From IMG/VR virus record IMGVR_UViG_2791355477_000007: 64,000 nucleotides of DNA. The stretch is one strand, 5' to 3'. The position numbers were made by a program, and so were the translations under genes. Shown here one piece after another: positions 29,607 to 39,860 of the stretch. Source of the DNA: a virus. Taxonomy: Duplodnaviria > Heunggongvirae > Uroviricota > Caudoviricetes. Every line of letters begins with the position of its first letter. The stretch's first letter is position 1. The notes under the pieces were generated by a model that did no database searches, was not told where the DNA came from, and saw only the letters and a list, made by a program, of their open reading frames with translations.

Positions 29607-30533
29607 TCAATTTATTCTCTCCCTCAAATAAGGAGATATTTTATTCTTTATCACTTTTTCTGACAACTCATCTAAGTATGTTACATACACTAAATCCAGA
29701 TTATAATACTTACATAAATCTATTTTTTCCTTATCTCTTTCCTGCCTTCTCTTCAGTCCTTCTTCACCACCCATGAACGGAATAGGTTTGTAATGTTGTT
29801 CCCCCTGATATTCAATGACAAGCTGTAATTCTTCAATATAGATATCCGCTTTTAGATGGTCTAACTCATATTGATGAATAACCGTGTATCCAGGAAACAT
29901 TTCTTTAATTAATTCTAAAAGTTTAATTTCAGATGTCCACTTTTTCCCTATTGCAAAGTACCCCATTCGAGTTCTTATAACATTTTCACAGTATCGTTTA
30001 AAATCTTTAGAGGATTGCTCGTCCAGAACCAGTCGTCCCCCATATTGCTCTTCTGCAATTAGAAGCGGGACAATATCCCCAGGAATATGCTTTGGGTAGC
30101 AAATATCTCTAAATCTATTATCTAATCCATAAGAATAGGACAATGCCTTTATATAATATCCATAAATAGAATAAAACTTTGTTTCATTCATTGTTTTTCC
30201 ATGTCCATACTTCGGACAAACTTTATTACAGATATGGCATAAGTTATCTTCGAATTTAATGTTTTGAATAAAGATTTCCATTAATTCCAACTGTGATGCT
30301 TTCGGAAGACCACTAAACGATAAACGTTCTTTTACTTTTAAATAATTTTCAACACCTTGCTTTTGACACGAACAATAAAATAAGGGGCCATATTTCTCTT
30401 GTTGAAAGGCATGAAATACTCCCATTCTTGTAGGATAGTGAACAAATGGATATGGCAACTCTGGTTCATATTCGACAAATACTCCTCTTGTAATCTCAGG
30501 TATCATTTCTTTCGGCACAATTTTAGAACGCAT
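29607..30533 (-). CDS. Zn-binding plus Vsr/DUF559-like endonuclease domain protein
   Basis: CSC, CHIC; KADIY..LVIEYQGEQHY...RDKEK..LC. Confidence 0.75.
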   Translation of the reverse strand: MRSKIVPKEMIPEITRGVFVEYEPELPYPFVHYPTRMGVFHAFQQEKYGPLFYCSCQKQGVENYLKVKERLSFSGLPKASQLELMEIFIQNIKFEDNLCHICNKVCPKYGHGKTMNETKFYSIYGYYIKALSYSYGLDNRFRDICYPKHIPGDIVPLLIAEEQYGGRLVLDEQSSKDFKRYCENVIRTRMGYFAIGKKWTSEIKLLELIKEMFPGYTVIHQYELDHLKADIYIEELQLVIEYQGEQHYKPIPFMGGEEGLKRRQERDKEKIDLCKYYNLDLVYVTYLDELSEKVIKNKISPYLRERIN

Positions 30534-30554
30534 GGGTTCACCTTCTCATCTTTG

Positions 30555-31001
30555 TTATTGATAGATTACTTGATAACCATCTTCTTCTAATAAACGCCCT
30601 ACAATCCCCCTATGACACTTATCTTTATTCTCGCAATAACAAACCAATACTGCATTTTCTCCTGCCTCTAAACGCTCTTTAAGACGCTTATACGCTTTTT
30701 GAAAGTCCTTTCTTTCTGTTGCTTCTTTAATAAACGATTCTTCATACAAATCATACCATGTCCCTGTATTTCCTTTTTTTAATTTCTCTTTCTCTTCCTC
30801 TGTAAATTTTAACTTTTTCCATTTATCTTTTGTTTGAAAAAAGAGATGTAAGGATGGAGATAGATGTGGTACATGAACAAATCCTTTTCCAACCATAATC
30901 CCTTGTTTTATGCTTCGGGTAATATGCAGACGCACAGCATATGGGTGTGGGTCAAAGTCGTGTAAATTCTCAAATGATGTAATACAAACAAACCCTTTCA
31001 C
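30555..31001 (-). CDS. DUF488/YeaO-like protein
   Basis: LSPS..L, Y...F, LVCYCENKDKCHR. Confidence 0.65.
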   Translation of the reverse strand: MKGFVCITSFENLHDFDPHPYAVRLHITRSIKQGIMVGKGFVHVPHLSPSLHLFFQTKDKWKKLKFTEEEKEKLKKGNTGTWYDLYEESFIKEATERKDFQKAYKRLKERLEAGENAVLVCYCENKDKCHRGIVGRLLEEDGYQVIYQ

Positions 31002-31211
31002 TTTTGTTTCCCCCTTATTTTTTATAATCAAATTAATAGAAATATTTATATATCTTTCCCTTTGCAAACGAAATCCTCATTCACTCTCTTATTTTTCAGC
31101 ACCTTCGAATATATAATATAAAGTACACATTAAATAAGGCGTTTCTATGGAAAACTTTATTAAAAAGAGATGCAGAAAATATGTAACCTTATACAATCAG
31201 GAGGGATTTCT

Positions 31212-31469
31212 ATGTTAACTATGAACGATGTATATTATGGGAAAATTTTCATTGAAGAAAAGTTTGATAGCATGTTAGCTGAATATGGTGTTATAGTTCT
31301 TGGTGCTTATAATAAAGACTTAGGTTGCTTTGAAAATTGTCTAATGTCAGGTGTTGTTAACGATAAATTGAAAAAATTAGCACAAGATAACATCTTAGGT
31401 TTTGATGGTGTTGTGGTTAATCAATTAGATGGACTAACCACACTTTTAAAACGACAAGCTACTATGTAA
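31212..31469 (+). CDS. hypothetical protein
   Basis: AGGAGG RBS. Confidence 0.65.
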   Translation: MLTMNDVYYGKIFIEEKFDSMLAEYGVIVLGAYNKDLGCFENCLMSGVVNDKLKKLAQDNILGFDGVVVNQLDGLTTLLKRQATM

Positions 31470-31537
31470 ATCTAATTATTACAAACAAAGGTCTTATACA
31501 ATACATGTAAGACCTTTGTGATAAGAAAAATTCTTGT

Positions 31538-32188
31538 TTATTCTTGTTCTTCAATCAATATAATTGAATGACCAATTCGATTTAGTTCCTTAGCATTTTT
31601 CAATGTTATTGAACTTTCTTGATTCTGCAAAGTAGCATCTACAACAATTAATTTAGAGCGAGATAGTAACATAATCACTCCTTTACTAAGCGAATTCTGA
31701 AAAATTTCTTTATCAAAAAAGTGAACATTCGATTTACATCCATCAGGGAAAAACTTATCTTCATCCCCAAAAATTGTTACCTCATCATAACAAAGACATT
31801 CTTCAATAAAACCACCTATATCACTCTTTTCTTTCTTATACGTTTTGAGTTGACACTCGTTAAGTACGTCTAATAAAGGATGAGGAGTTATTGTTTTTAC
31901 TAAACCAGTTTTCAGCATTTTTTCGATATCAAACGGAACGTCATGATTCACTTGAATAAAAGACAAAATATCTGCATCTGCTTGAGAATATGAATCAAAC
32001 GGAATAGCGTTCCAAGAATTCCCCCAAAAACCATGCATGTTTTTTGTAGGAATACCTCCTACATAAGACCTTAACTCTCCATCATCATCCATCGCCAAAT
32101 ACTTAGGAGAACCTACCAAGAGGTCTTTATTGCTATGTATCTTTACTAATAAATTCATTTGCTGTTCATTTAATTTCATAAACTCCAC
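31538..32188 (-). CDS. hypothetical protein
   Basis: 216 aa ORF. Confidence 0.75.
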   Translation of the reverse strand: MEFMKLNEQQMNLLVKIHSNKDLLVGSPKYLAMDDDGELRSYVGGIPTKNMHGFWGNSWNAIPFDSYSQADADILSFIQVNHDVPFDIEKMLKTGLVKTITPHPLLDVLNECQLKTYKKEKSDIGGFIEECLCYDEVTIFGDEDKFFPDGCKSNVHFFDKEIFQNSLSKGVIMLLSRSKLIVVDATLQNQESSITLKNAKELNRIGHSIILIEEQE

Positions 32189-32296
32189 TCTCCCATTCTA
32201 ATTATCTACAAAATTTATTCACACTATAAAACTTTTATCATGTAAAAAAGACCACAAAACAATATTTGCAGTCTCTTGTACGGATACTATCAGTGC

Positions 32297-33019
32297 TTAT
32301 TTTTTCTGGAGAATTTCTTCGTATACAACTTTAGACCAATTTTCTAACTTGTCTTTAATAGATGGTAGGCCTTCTTTATCTACCCAAAGCCCTTTAATCA
32401 CGCCTTCTTCTTGGCTTTGAATATCATCTGTACGTAATTCTACCATATAAACAAATCCTAAATGGTCATCTTCTACACCGCCAGATAGTTTGATTAACCC
32501 TTCTAAATGAATAGATTCAATCATTTCTGAAGTAATTCCCGCTTCTTCCGTTAACTCTCGATACAAACCATTCTCAATCGTTTTAAACAGGTCTACATCC
32601 TTATTGCTTACGTGGATATCTTCTTCACCTACATGACCACCAAGCATCCCCATTTTTCCAATCAATCGAATTTCACCACTATTACCTTCTCGAATAATAA
32701 AGAAGTATTTGTTTTGATGTTTTACAATTACATACGGAATGGGATGTCTTTGCACCGCATTGTATTCAAGGATACTTCTTCGGTCCACTAATACAGGAAC
32801 GGTTTGCATAGCATCAATAATTGCTTCCATATTTGTAAATCCAGTTGGAACAAATGCTACTTCCGATTCCTCAAAGCAAATAATACGTTCTTTTGTGGAA
32901 GGCTTTAATTCCTCTAAAATAGATGCTTTTTCTTCATGTAAAGCTTTTAACTTCCATTTATTTGTTTCTACTTTGATTTCTTCAAGAATTTTGTTTAATT
33001 TTTGTTGCATCCTATTCAC
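32297..33019 (-). CDS. Nudix hydrolase
   Basis: IPYV, GGHV...RELTEEAG, HLGFVY, LENWS. Confidence 0.85.
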   Translation of the reverse strand: MNRMQQKLNKILEEIKVETNKWKLKALHEEKASILEELKPSTKERIICFEESEVAFVPTGFTNMEAIIDAMQTVPVLVDRRSILEYNAVQRHPIPYVIVKHQNKYFFIIREGNSGEIRLIGKMGMLGGHVGEEDIHVSNKDVDLFKTIENGLYRELTEEAGITSEMIESIHLEGLIKLSGGVEDDHLGFVYMVELRTDDIQSQEEGVIKGLWVDKEGLPSIKDKLENWSKVVYEEILQKK

Positions 33020-33058
33020 TCTCCATCTATTTAATCTATATTAAGAGTAAATCATAAA

Positions 33059-33072
33059 TTAACTATAGTCAA
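33059..33072 (-). promoter_or_regulatory. palindrome-family site / sigma-A promoter
   Basis: TTAACTATAGTCAA; minus strand TTGACT-N17-TACTCT. Confidence 0.7.
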
Positions 33073-33078
33073 TATATT

Positions 33079-33255
33079 TTAATTCATTTGAGCCTCTTTA
33101 ATTAAGAAGTATACTGCAAACAATACATGAACAATACTAACTGAAAGAAATACAAATTGCGTAAATATAGATGCACAATTCATTGAAGAATAAATATAAC
33201 CACTATAAGCCAATGCAGAAATCGTTGAAAAAAGCACACAATGATTCATGCCCAT
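33079..33255 (-). CDS. small hydrophobic protein (58 aa)
   Basis: GAGGTG near the start; two hydrophobic stretches. Confidence 0.4.
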   Translation of the reverse strand: MGMNHCVLFSTISALAYSGYIYSSMNCASIFTQFVFLSVSIVHVLFAVYFLIKEAQMN

Positions 33256-33378
33256 CACCTCTTTTCCAATCTGAAAATTTATTTAATTCATTATAGAAAA
33301 ATTGAGTGATTTTATTCGTTTAATCAGCGACAACAAAAAAAGACCTTGACAAATGTCAAAGTCTTTTTCGCTATATTC

Positions 33379-34434
33379 TTACATGCTCATTGCTTCTTTT
33401 GTTTGTTGACTAAATGTACTACATAAAATCTCCAATTCCTCTTCAGATAAGATACTCTTCTTCAGGTCTATTTCATTTGTAACACCAATTTCATAAGCAT
33501 ACCCATAAATTTTAGCTAACAAAATCTCCCCTGCTTCCGAAAGGTCTGATTGAGGTGTACCAGATAAAGTGTACATATCATTCGCAATCTCATCTACAAA
33601 AGCATTTTTAAATAAATTCTTTTTCTTAATTTGATATGAATTATTTTTAATACTGTTTAATGTTGTTTTTGTTACACGATGATTCTCTTCGTAAACACAT
33701 AATGAACGATTTACAACTTGGAATGCATCATTTAATACATTACCCATAATTTCATATACACTTCTTACACTTTCTTGACGAAGACTTTCTCTTACTTCTT
33801 CTGCCACATCATCATCAAATAAATTTACATTCGCCATAACAGGAAATGCTTTTAAGCTTGTTCGCAAATAAAAGCTTTCAGCGTATTTATCCTCTGATGG
33901 AATGCGACTCATAATACTTCTTTTAATGCCTTCTTTATTTAAAGCTCCCATTTGTTCCAAACTGCTCTCTAATGATTCTTCAAAGATTTTAATCAATTGA
34001 ATCCAGTTGGCTAAGATATTGTCTCTCACTTCAAAATACTCAACTCTTGCTTCTTTGACGTATTTTGAAAAATCTTTATAGATTTCAATTGGTAAATATT
34101 CATTATCATAACCAATTGCCATACTTGCTTTCATTTTTCTCACTTTTGCTTCAATGCTTCTTAGCTTTTTCTCATAATCGTTTGGAATGAAATTCAATCT
34201 TCCATTTCGAATATAATTCTTAAAGAAAGAACCCAACTCTTCAGATTGACTTACATCTACCCCAAATAATCCAGGTGTAACTTCTACATAGTTACGTAAA
34301 CGTCCCACATGAACTTTTACTAAAACACCTTGTTTCTGTAAATATTCATCCACATTTTCTACGGTTACATTTACTCCATCATCTTGTAATCCTTGTAAAA
34401 TCTCTTCTGTTTGTACTGTGTTAACTGTTTTCAT
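33379..34434 (-). CDS. hypothetical protein (possibly DUF3150-like)
   Basis: long ORF, AAGGAG RBS; GVLVKVHVG...Y.P motifs; family call tentative. Confidence 0.7.
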   Translation of the reverse strand: MKTVNTVQTEEILQGLQDDGVNVTVENVDEYLQKQGVLVKVHVGRLRNYVEVTPGLFGVDVSQSEELGSFFKNYIRNGRLNFIPNDYEKKLRSIEAKVRKMKASMAIGYDNEYLPIEIYKDFSKYVKEARVEYFEVRDNILANWIQLIKIFEESLESSLEQMGALNKEGIKRSIMSRIPSEDKYAESFYLRTSLKAFPVMANVNLFDDDVAEEVRESLRQESVRSVYEIMGNVLNDAFQVVNRSLCVYEENHRVTKTTLNSIKNNSYQIKKKNLFKNAFVDEIANDMYTLSGTPQSDLSEAGEILLAKIYGYAYEIGVTNEIDLKKSILSEEELEILCSTFSQQTKEAMSM

Positions 34435-34687
34435 TGTGTACACTCCTTTTTAATTTTCAATACCTGTTTGATGATTAAACCAAAGTTATGAAGACAACTT
34501 CATTCTAACTCTCAAAAATAAAAATGTCAAATTTTAACATTTAAGTATTGATTCAAGTTATTAAAGTACCTGTTTTTTATATTCCCTTTATATTAATTAA
34601 ATTTCATAGGAGATATTCAATGAATTATTGTTTTTGGCAAATAAAAAAAGCCCGCATTTTCGCTGACTTTACTTTCGTCTTATATAA

Positions 34688-34903
34688 TTAAGTGCTGTTC
34701 ATCTTCGTGTTATTTTTCATGCGTTTTTCTTTAAATGTCAGATACTCCATTCTGAAAACAAATAAAAAAAATGCTAATCCATAACATTCTATGACTACGT
34801 TTTCTCGTTTTGTAAATAAATCAAATGTAATAATTGTAATTCCTGTTAGGGGATACAACATAGGAACTACTTCTGAAAATTTTATCGTTCTTTTTCTTTT
34901 CAT
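34688..34903 (-). CDS. small membrane protein with a structured 5' leader
   Basis: AAAGGGGGAG RBS; two hydrophobic segments. Confidence 0.6.
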   Translation of the reverse strand: MKRKRTIKFSEVVPMLYPLTGITIITFDLFTKRENVVIECYGLAFFLFVFRMEYLTFKEKRMKNNTKMNST

Positions 34904-35048
34904 GAAGTCTCCCCCTTTCGGTTGTTATAACAATACATTGAGCAGGAGCGTCAGAACCATTTTGACGTTCCGTTCATTCGCTCCTGGCACCTTGTTTGTC
35001 ATGACCCTATATCATATACATTTCATTATATTTATATTCAAATTTTTA

Positions 35049-35390
35049 TTAATGGAGCAGTTCTACCACTTTATCTTTTGCTTTTGTCATTACATTTTCA
35101 CCAGTTTCATTTGCTTTATCTGCAATGTGTTGTGTATCAACAATTTTATTTTCTTCTCGTTTCTTATCAAATTCCGTTGCGAATGTATTTACTTCTCGCG
35201 ATGAGTCTTCTGTTAAAAGCTCAGATAATCCTAATTTTTCATTCAAGTCTTTTGGTCCCCAAACAAACCCCGCTCCAAATAAAATCACAATCGCCATAGC
35301 GACTAAAGCTAATTTCGCAAATTCTTTCACGATAAACCCAATTATAACAAGAACGGCAATTATAATGATGAATACAATAATCATGTTCAT
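35049..35390 (-). CDS. membrane protein
   Basis: two N-terminal TM segments; AGGAGGTG RBS. Confidence 0.75.
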   Translation of the reverse strand: MNMIIVFIIIIAVLVIIGFIVKEFAKLALVAMAIVILFGAGFVWGPKDLNEKLGLSELLTEDSSREVNTFATEFDKKREENKIVDTQHIADKANETGENVMTKAKDKVVELLH

Positions 35391-35402
35391 AGTATCACCT
35401 CC

Positions 35403-35891
35403 TTACTTGCTTTCTGTGTACATTTCGTCTTTTTGATATAAAGATAAGAAGCCCTTAATATCCTGCATGATTTCATCATGTCTCTCAGCATATTTTTTTG
35501 GAGGTTTTAATTCGCAAATCCTTTCATAACTCACTTCGACTTTTCTTATGTTTAAATCAAATTCCCTTTTCTTTTCCTCTGTTGATAAATTATTTTGACG
35601 TACTTGTCCCATTCCACTTAATGCACAGTGAGAAATCGATACTAAATTATTCAAATACTCCTCGTTGCTTTCTTTTTCATATTCATCTGAAAAGAATCGT
35701 ATAATAGCAAAATATGTTGGTGGTTTTTTATCAAAAAATAAATTAAATAAAACCACTAAATAAAATACGATGCCAAATCGGAATAACTTCTCGTACAAAG
35801 GAATTGACCCTTGAAAGGCTAAGAACATAAAAAAGAATGATAATACATAAATAGTGTGTTTAAAGCATTGCATAATAAACTGTTTTTTCAT
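35403..35891 (-). CDS. membrane protein
   Basis: two N-terminal TM segments. Confidence 0.7.
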   Translation of the reverse strand: MKKQFIMQCFKHTIYVLSFFFMFLAFQGSIPLYEKLFRFGIVFYLVVLFNLFFDKKPPTYFAIIRFFSDEYEKESNEEYLNNLVSISHCALSGMGQVRQNNLSTEEKKREFDLNIRKVEVSYERICELKPPKKYAERHDEIMQDIKGFLSLYQKDEMYTESK

Positions 35892-35977
35892 GAAGTCACC
35901 CCAATCTTTATTTTTTATACATATTAATGTACTGCATTTTAGCCCAAAACATTCCGCATAGTAGAACCCACTTTACA

Positions 35978-36006
35978 TTGACTATTGTCAATGAAATACA
36001 TATCCT
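35978..36006. promoter_or_regulatory. palindrome-family site between divergent genes
   Basis: TTGACTATTGTCAA. Confidence 0.7.
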
Positions 36007-36047
36007 TAAAGTATGGATTTTTAATTCATAGAAAGGAGATGGTAATA

Positions 36048-37016
36048 ATGAAATTACAAAAAAGATGGTTATTATGTGGTCTATTTTCACTATGTACACT
36101 CCCTCATATCGTTCATGCAGAATCAAAAGAACCAATTAATCATGAATCTGTAAAAAAAGAACCCATAAATAATGTAGAGAAAACATTTACACAAAAACAT
36201 ACTTCTATAGAAGGTTGCGAGATTAGTGATGAAGGTAAAAATATTATCGAGGATTATATGGTTAAAAAATATATGCCTATCGAGGGTTGTGAGGTGGTAA
36301 AGCCTCTTCCTGTTGAATGTGATATTAATCATGAAAAAACCGAACCACCACCTGAACCTGCTCCAGAAGTACAACAAACTGAACCACAACCAGTACAACA
36401 ACCAGAAGATACCACTCAAGAAACCGAAAATGTAGAGGTTCAAAAGCCTGAACAACATATTGAAGAGAAAAAAGAAAATCAAAATGTTAAAAAAGTTGAT
36501 AAAAAAGTAGTTCAAGAGAAAAAACAAGTTCAAAAGACACAAGCTGTAGAGCAAGAACCAAACTCTGAAACTCAACCAAAAGAAAAAGAAGTTTCGAAGA
36601 CTACTATTATTAATAAAGGAGCTTCTATCGAGATGACGGAAGATGAACGTTATTGGTTAGAAAAGTTGGTAGAGGCTGAAGCGGCCGATGAGCCATATGA
36701 AGGAAAAGTAGCTGTTGCAACAACAATTGCATATCGAGTAGACGATAAAACAGAGTTTCCTGATACAGTGATGGAAGTCATTAAAGCTCCTAAACAGTAT
36801 TCTCCTTGGATGGATGGTGCTATTTACAAACGAACGCCAAGTGAAGAAACAAAACGTGCAGTAGCAGAAGTATTCGACAAAGGTGTAAGGAATTTACCTG
36901 AAGGTACTGTGTACTTCTATGACCCACGATACGCTCCTCATAACTGGATGGAACGTACAAGAGCATATGTAACTACAATTGGCAATCATGTCTTTTGTTC
37001 TATACACGCTAAATAA
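36048..37016 (+). CDS. secreted cell-wall hydrolase, SleB/CwlJ (Hydrolase_2) family
   Basis: signal peptide; LVEAEAADEPYEGKVAVA, FPDTVMEVI, QYSP, YFYDP, IGNHVF. Confidence 0.85.
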   Translation: MKLQKRWLLCGLFSLCTLPHIVHAESKEPINHESVKKEPINNVEKTFTQKHTSIEGCEISDEGKNIIEDYMVKKYMPIEGCEVVKPLPVECDINHEKTEPPPEPAPEVQQTEPQPVQQPEDTTQETENVEVQKPEQHIEEKKENQNVKKVDKKVVQEKKQVQKTQAVEQEPNSETQPKEKEVSKTTIINKGASIEMTEDERYWLEKLVEAEAADEPYEGKVAVATTIAYRVDDKTEFPDTVMEVIKAPKQYSPWMDGAIYKRTPSEETKRAVAEVFDKGVRNLPEGTVYFYDPRYAPHNWMERTRAYVTTIGNHVFCSIHAK

Positions 37017-37103
37017 GGGATAGAAAAACTGAACGAAAAATAAAAAGGCTCGCAATAAGCGAATGCCTTTTTTTATTTATATATAAAATTTATCCCCGAT
37101 TTA

Positions 37104-37661
37104 TTAAGCAACAAACTTTTTCTCCTGCACATTAACAATTTCTAAAACCTCTGGATTTTTGTGGCAAATATACACTTCTCCCAAAGATTTATCATTGTAC
37201 TTAATTACACTATTAAGATTCTTTATTACAACATCCTCAATTTGTCGCTGTATACAATCTGATTCGTATGTAATTTTGTCTTCAAAATCAAAATAGAAAG
37301 ATTCATTGCTGTCTAATTGTAGATTTATCTCTTTATATATCTTCGTTATAGACGTCTCGCCTTCTAAGACATACATAATTAAATCTTCAATATTGATATA
37401 ATCAGAAAAATCTATACCTATCTCATTTCCTACTTTTCCTAAGAAATCATATAATTCTCTCTCTGATGTACAATCAATAATATCTTCTTCTTTAATACCA
37501 ACAGAATAAACAACATTTCCATAAGAACTTGCTACAGAATAGTTTTTTGTCATATAAATGCCATATCCTTCTACTAAAATATGTTCCTTATGAACCGCTA
37601 ATTCCTTACTGATTTTAAACTCATCAAATACACGATTTGAACAATGAAATAAAGTTACCAT
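37104..37661 (-). CDS. ADP-ribosyltransferase-like (polyvalent-protein ART type) protein
   Basis: LFHCS..FDEF...GYGIYMT....ASSYG motif. Confidence 0.55.
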   Translation of the reverse strand: MVTLFHCSNRVFDEFKISKELAVHKEHILVEGYGIYMTKNYSVASSYGNVVYSVGIKEEDIIDCTSERELYDFLGKVGNEIGIDFSDYINIEDLIMYVLEGETSITKIYKEINLQLDSNESFYFDFEDKITYESDCIQRQIEDVVIKNLNSVIKYNDKSLGEVYICHKNPEVLEIVNVQEKKFVA

Positions 37662-37840
37662 ACTATAAACATCTCCTGTTTTATCAAATTTTTAAAATAC
37701 CTGTTTTGTATAATCAATGTATTCTATGTATTTGAATTAGAAGTTATAATGCATTATGATTAATCTCAGATAACGTGATGATTTTATTGTGTAGTTATAT
37801 GAATAAAGTTAATTAGTGATGTATATCAGGAGTTGAAAGT

Positions 37841-38857
37841 ATGACAAAAAAGGATATAACGGAAGAATTAATTCATATATGGAAGGCAGAATATGAAGAA
37901 GGAGCATCCCTTCGAAAAATCGGCGAAAAACACGGTGTGTCGAAAGCAACTGTAGGAAAGCATCTGACTGGTGTCGTTACCTTTAGAGAAAAGGCTCCTC
38001 ATAAGAAATATGCAGATGAATGGTATGAACTTTATTTATCAGGATGGAGCAAATCTGCTATTGCGAAAAAATACAACGTTTCGGCTGTATCTGTTGGCAA
38101 AATCCTACGTACTGAAAAAGGAGTAGAGATGCAAGGTCGCAAAAAAGAGTTGATGCATTTACTACCAACTTTCAAATCTTTATATGAAGAAGGATATGAC
38201 TTGACTTATATTAGCGATAAGACAAGTGTATCCAGACAATGTATCTTAGATTATTTAAATGATGCAGGAGTTGAAATCCGTTCCTATAGTGAATCCTCTC
38301 GAAAATATGAAGTCGATGAAGAGTTTTTTGAGAAAATTGACTCAGATTATAAAGCTTATATATTAGGATTGGTATTTAGTTCTGGAAACTTACTGGAGCA
38401 CTACAAATCTTATTCCTTATCCATGGTTGTAAAAAAAGATAGAGTCTCGATATTAGAAGAAATATTTCAGGCTTTGACAAACAAAAAGACAGAAGAATTA
38501 CTTTATGTCTCAGTAGATAATTGCTATAAAGACCGCATCTGTTCTTTAAAAATATATAATTCTCTTAATCGCCTGGGATTAGATTTTAGAAGTAAGATGA
38601 CATTCCCTACTCTTGAAGACGAATATTTAGAACATTTTCTAAAAGGTTACCTAAAAGGTTCTTCGAGCTTTGCATCCAAACGGGGATATTTGACTATTAA
38701 TTCTGAGCCCCTTTTTTATGAATCGTTAGTGAATTCCATTTCATCTATAATAGATATAGATAAGAAATATCTTCGAAAACACAAATACTCAACTGCCAGT
38801 ATTACCGTTTATCAGAAAGAGTCCGTAGAGAAAATTAAGAATTTCATTAATAGCTAA
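37841..38857 (+). CDS. triple-HTH plus degenerate LAGLIDADG domain protein
   Basis: three YxxGxS..I...xVS...V HTH units; FFEKIDSDYKAYILGLVFSSG and HFLKGYLKGSS. Confidence 0.75.
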   Translation: MTKKDITEELIHIWKAEYEEGASLRKIGEKHGVSKATVGKHLTGVVTFREKAPHKKYADEWYELYLSGWSKSAIAKKYNVSAVSVGKILRTEKGVEMQGRKKELMHLLPTFKSLYEEGYDLTYISDKTSVSRQCILDYLNDAGVEIRSYSESSRKYEVDEEFFEKIDSDYKAYILGLVFSSGNLLEHYKSYSLSMVVKKDRVSILEEIFQALTNKKTEELLYVSVDNCYKDRICSLKIYNSLNRLGLDFRSKMTFPTLEDEYLEHFLKGYLKGSSSFASKRGYLTINSEPLFYESLVNSISSIIDIDKKYLRKHKYSTASITVYQKESVEKIKNFINS

Positions 38858-38910
38858 TTGTTCAATATAAAAAAGACTTCTTCTCCTAAAAAGAGAATGA
38901 AGTCTTTTTC

Positions 38911-39288
38911 TTAAACCGCTTCTTGTAAAATGGTATGAGATACTTCCCTTACTTTTGTTTTAAACAGTTCTACGTCATTGTTTGTACCTGACATTTCAAA
39001 CTTCATCAATACAGGAATTCCATATTGTTTTGAAATCTTATTTGCACTCGCTCCAAACATATCTCCCCAATTTCGATTACCACTCGCTACTACCCCTACT
39101 ACATTCTTATTGTTCTTCTTCATAAATGCTGACACCTCTTCTGGAACTGCACCAAATCCAGTCGTGTAAGTAATAAGCACACATTTTTCATTAACCATTA
39201 ATTCCTCACTAATTTGCACAGTTTCTAATCCTGTCTTTCCCACAAATCTTTTTACATTACCCGTTTTTGAAGCATACACTACTAACAT
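38911..39288 (-). CDS. nrdI: class Ib ribonucleotide reductase flavodoxin NrdI
   Basis: YASKTGNVKRF, TYTTGFGAVP, ASGNRNWG, KFEMSGT. Confidence 0.95.
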   Translation of the reverse strand: MLVVYASKTGNVKRFVGKTGLETVQISEELMVNEKCVLITYTTGFGAVPEEVSAFMKKNNKNVVGVVASGNRNWGDMFGASANKISKQYGIPVLMKFEMSGTNNDVELFKTKVREVSHTILQEAV

Positions 39289-39476
39289 TCCAATCTCCCC
39301 TTTATCATTTTATACGTTCATATATACCTAATTTATAAATTCTTCTTATTCTACTTTTCTTTTTCTCTTTTTATAAAAATGATTGTAATCCTTATAAAGA
39401 AAACTCATTTGCATAAAATAAATAGACTATAAAAACCAGGTATTTATTTAAATTATTTTTAAAGGAGCGTTTTATA

Positions 39477-39800
39477 ATGGAAAATTTATTCGTAAAAATG
39501 GAAGCTATCGTAAAAAAGGTAATGAAGTCTCATATGGATGATTTTGAGGTTCATGACAAAGAACGATTAACCAAGGCTTTTAAAGAAGAAGAACATGAAT
39601 TTTATTGGATGTGTTCAATGTGTGCAACACATATCATTGCAGATGAAGATGTTAGTTGGTTAGAAGCAGTTATGTATCAATATCGTGATAAGCTTAAAGC
39701 AAACAAAGGTTTCTTATTCAAGATTGATACAAAAGAAGGTACAATTAAAAAAATAAACTGGCGTAAAAAACCAGAGTTGTTAAGAATGATGGAAATGTAG
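39477..39800 (+). CDS. hypothetical protein
   Basis: AAAGGAG RBS. Confidence 0.75.
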   Translation: MENLFVKMEAIVKKVMKSHMDDFEVHDKERLTKAFKEEEHEFYWMCSMCATHIIADEDVSWLEAVMYQYRDKLKANKGFLFKIDTKEGTIKKINWRKKPELLRMMEM

Positions 39801-39860
39801 TTTTATCATTCACTACGAAAAGCAGGTTATGAAATAATTCACAACCTGCTTTTTTATGCC

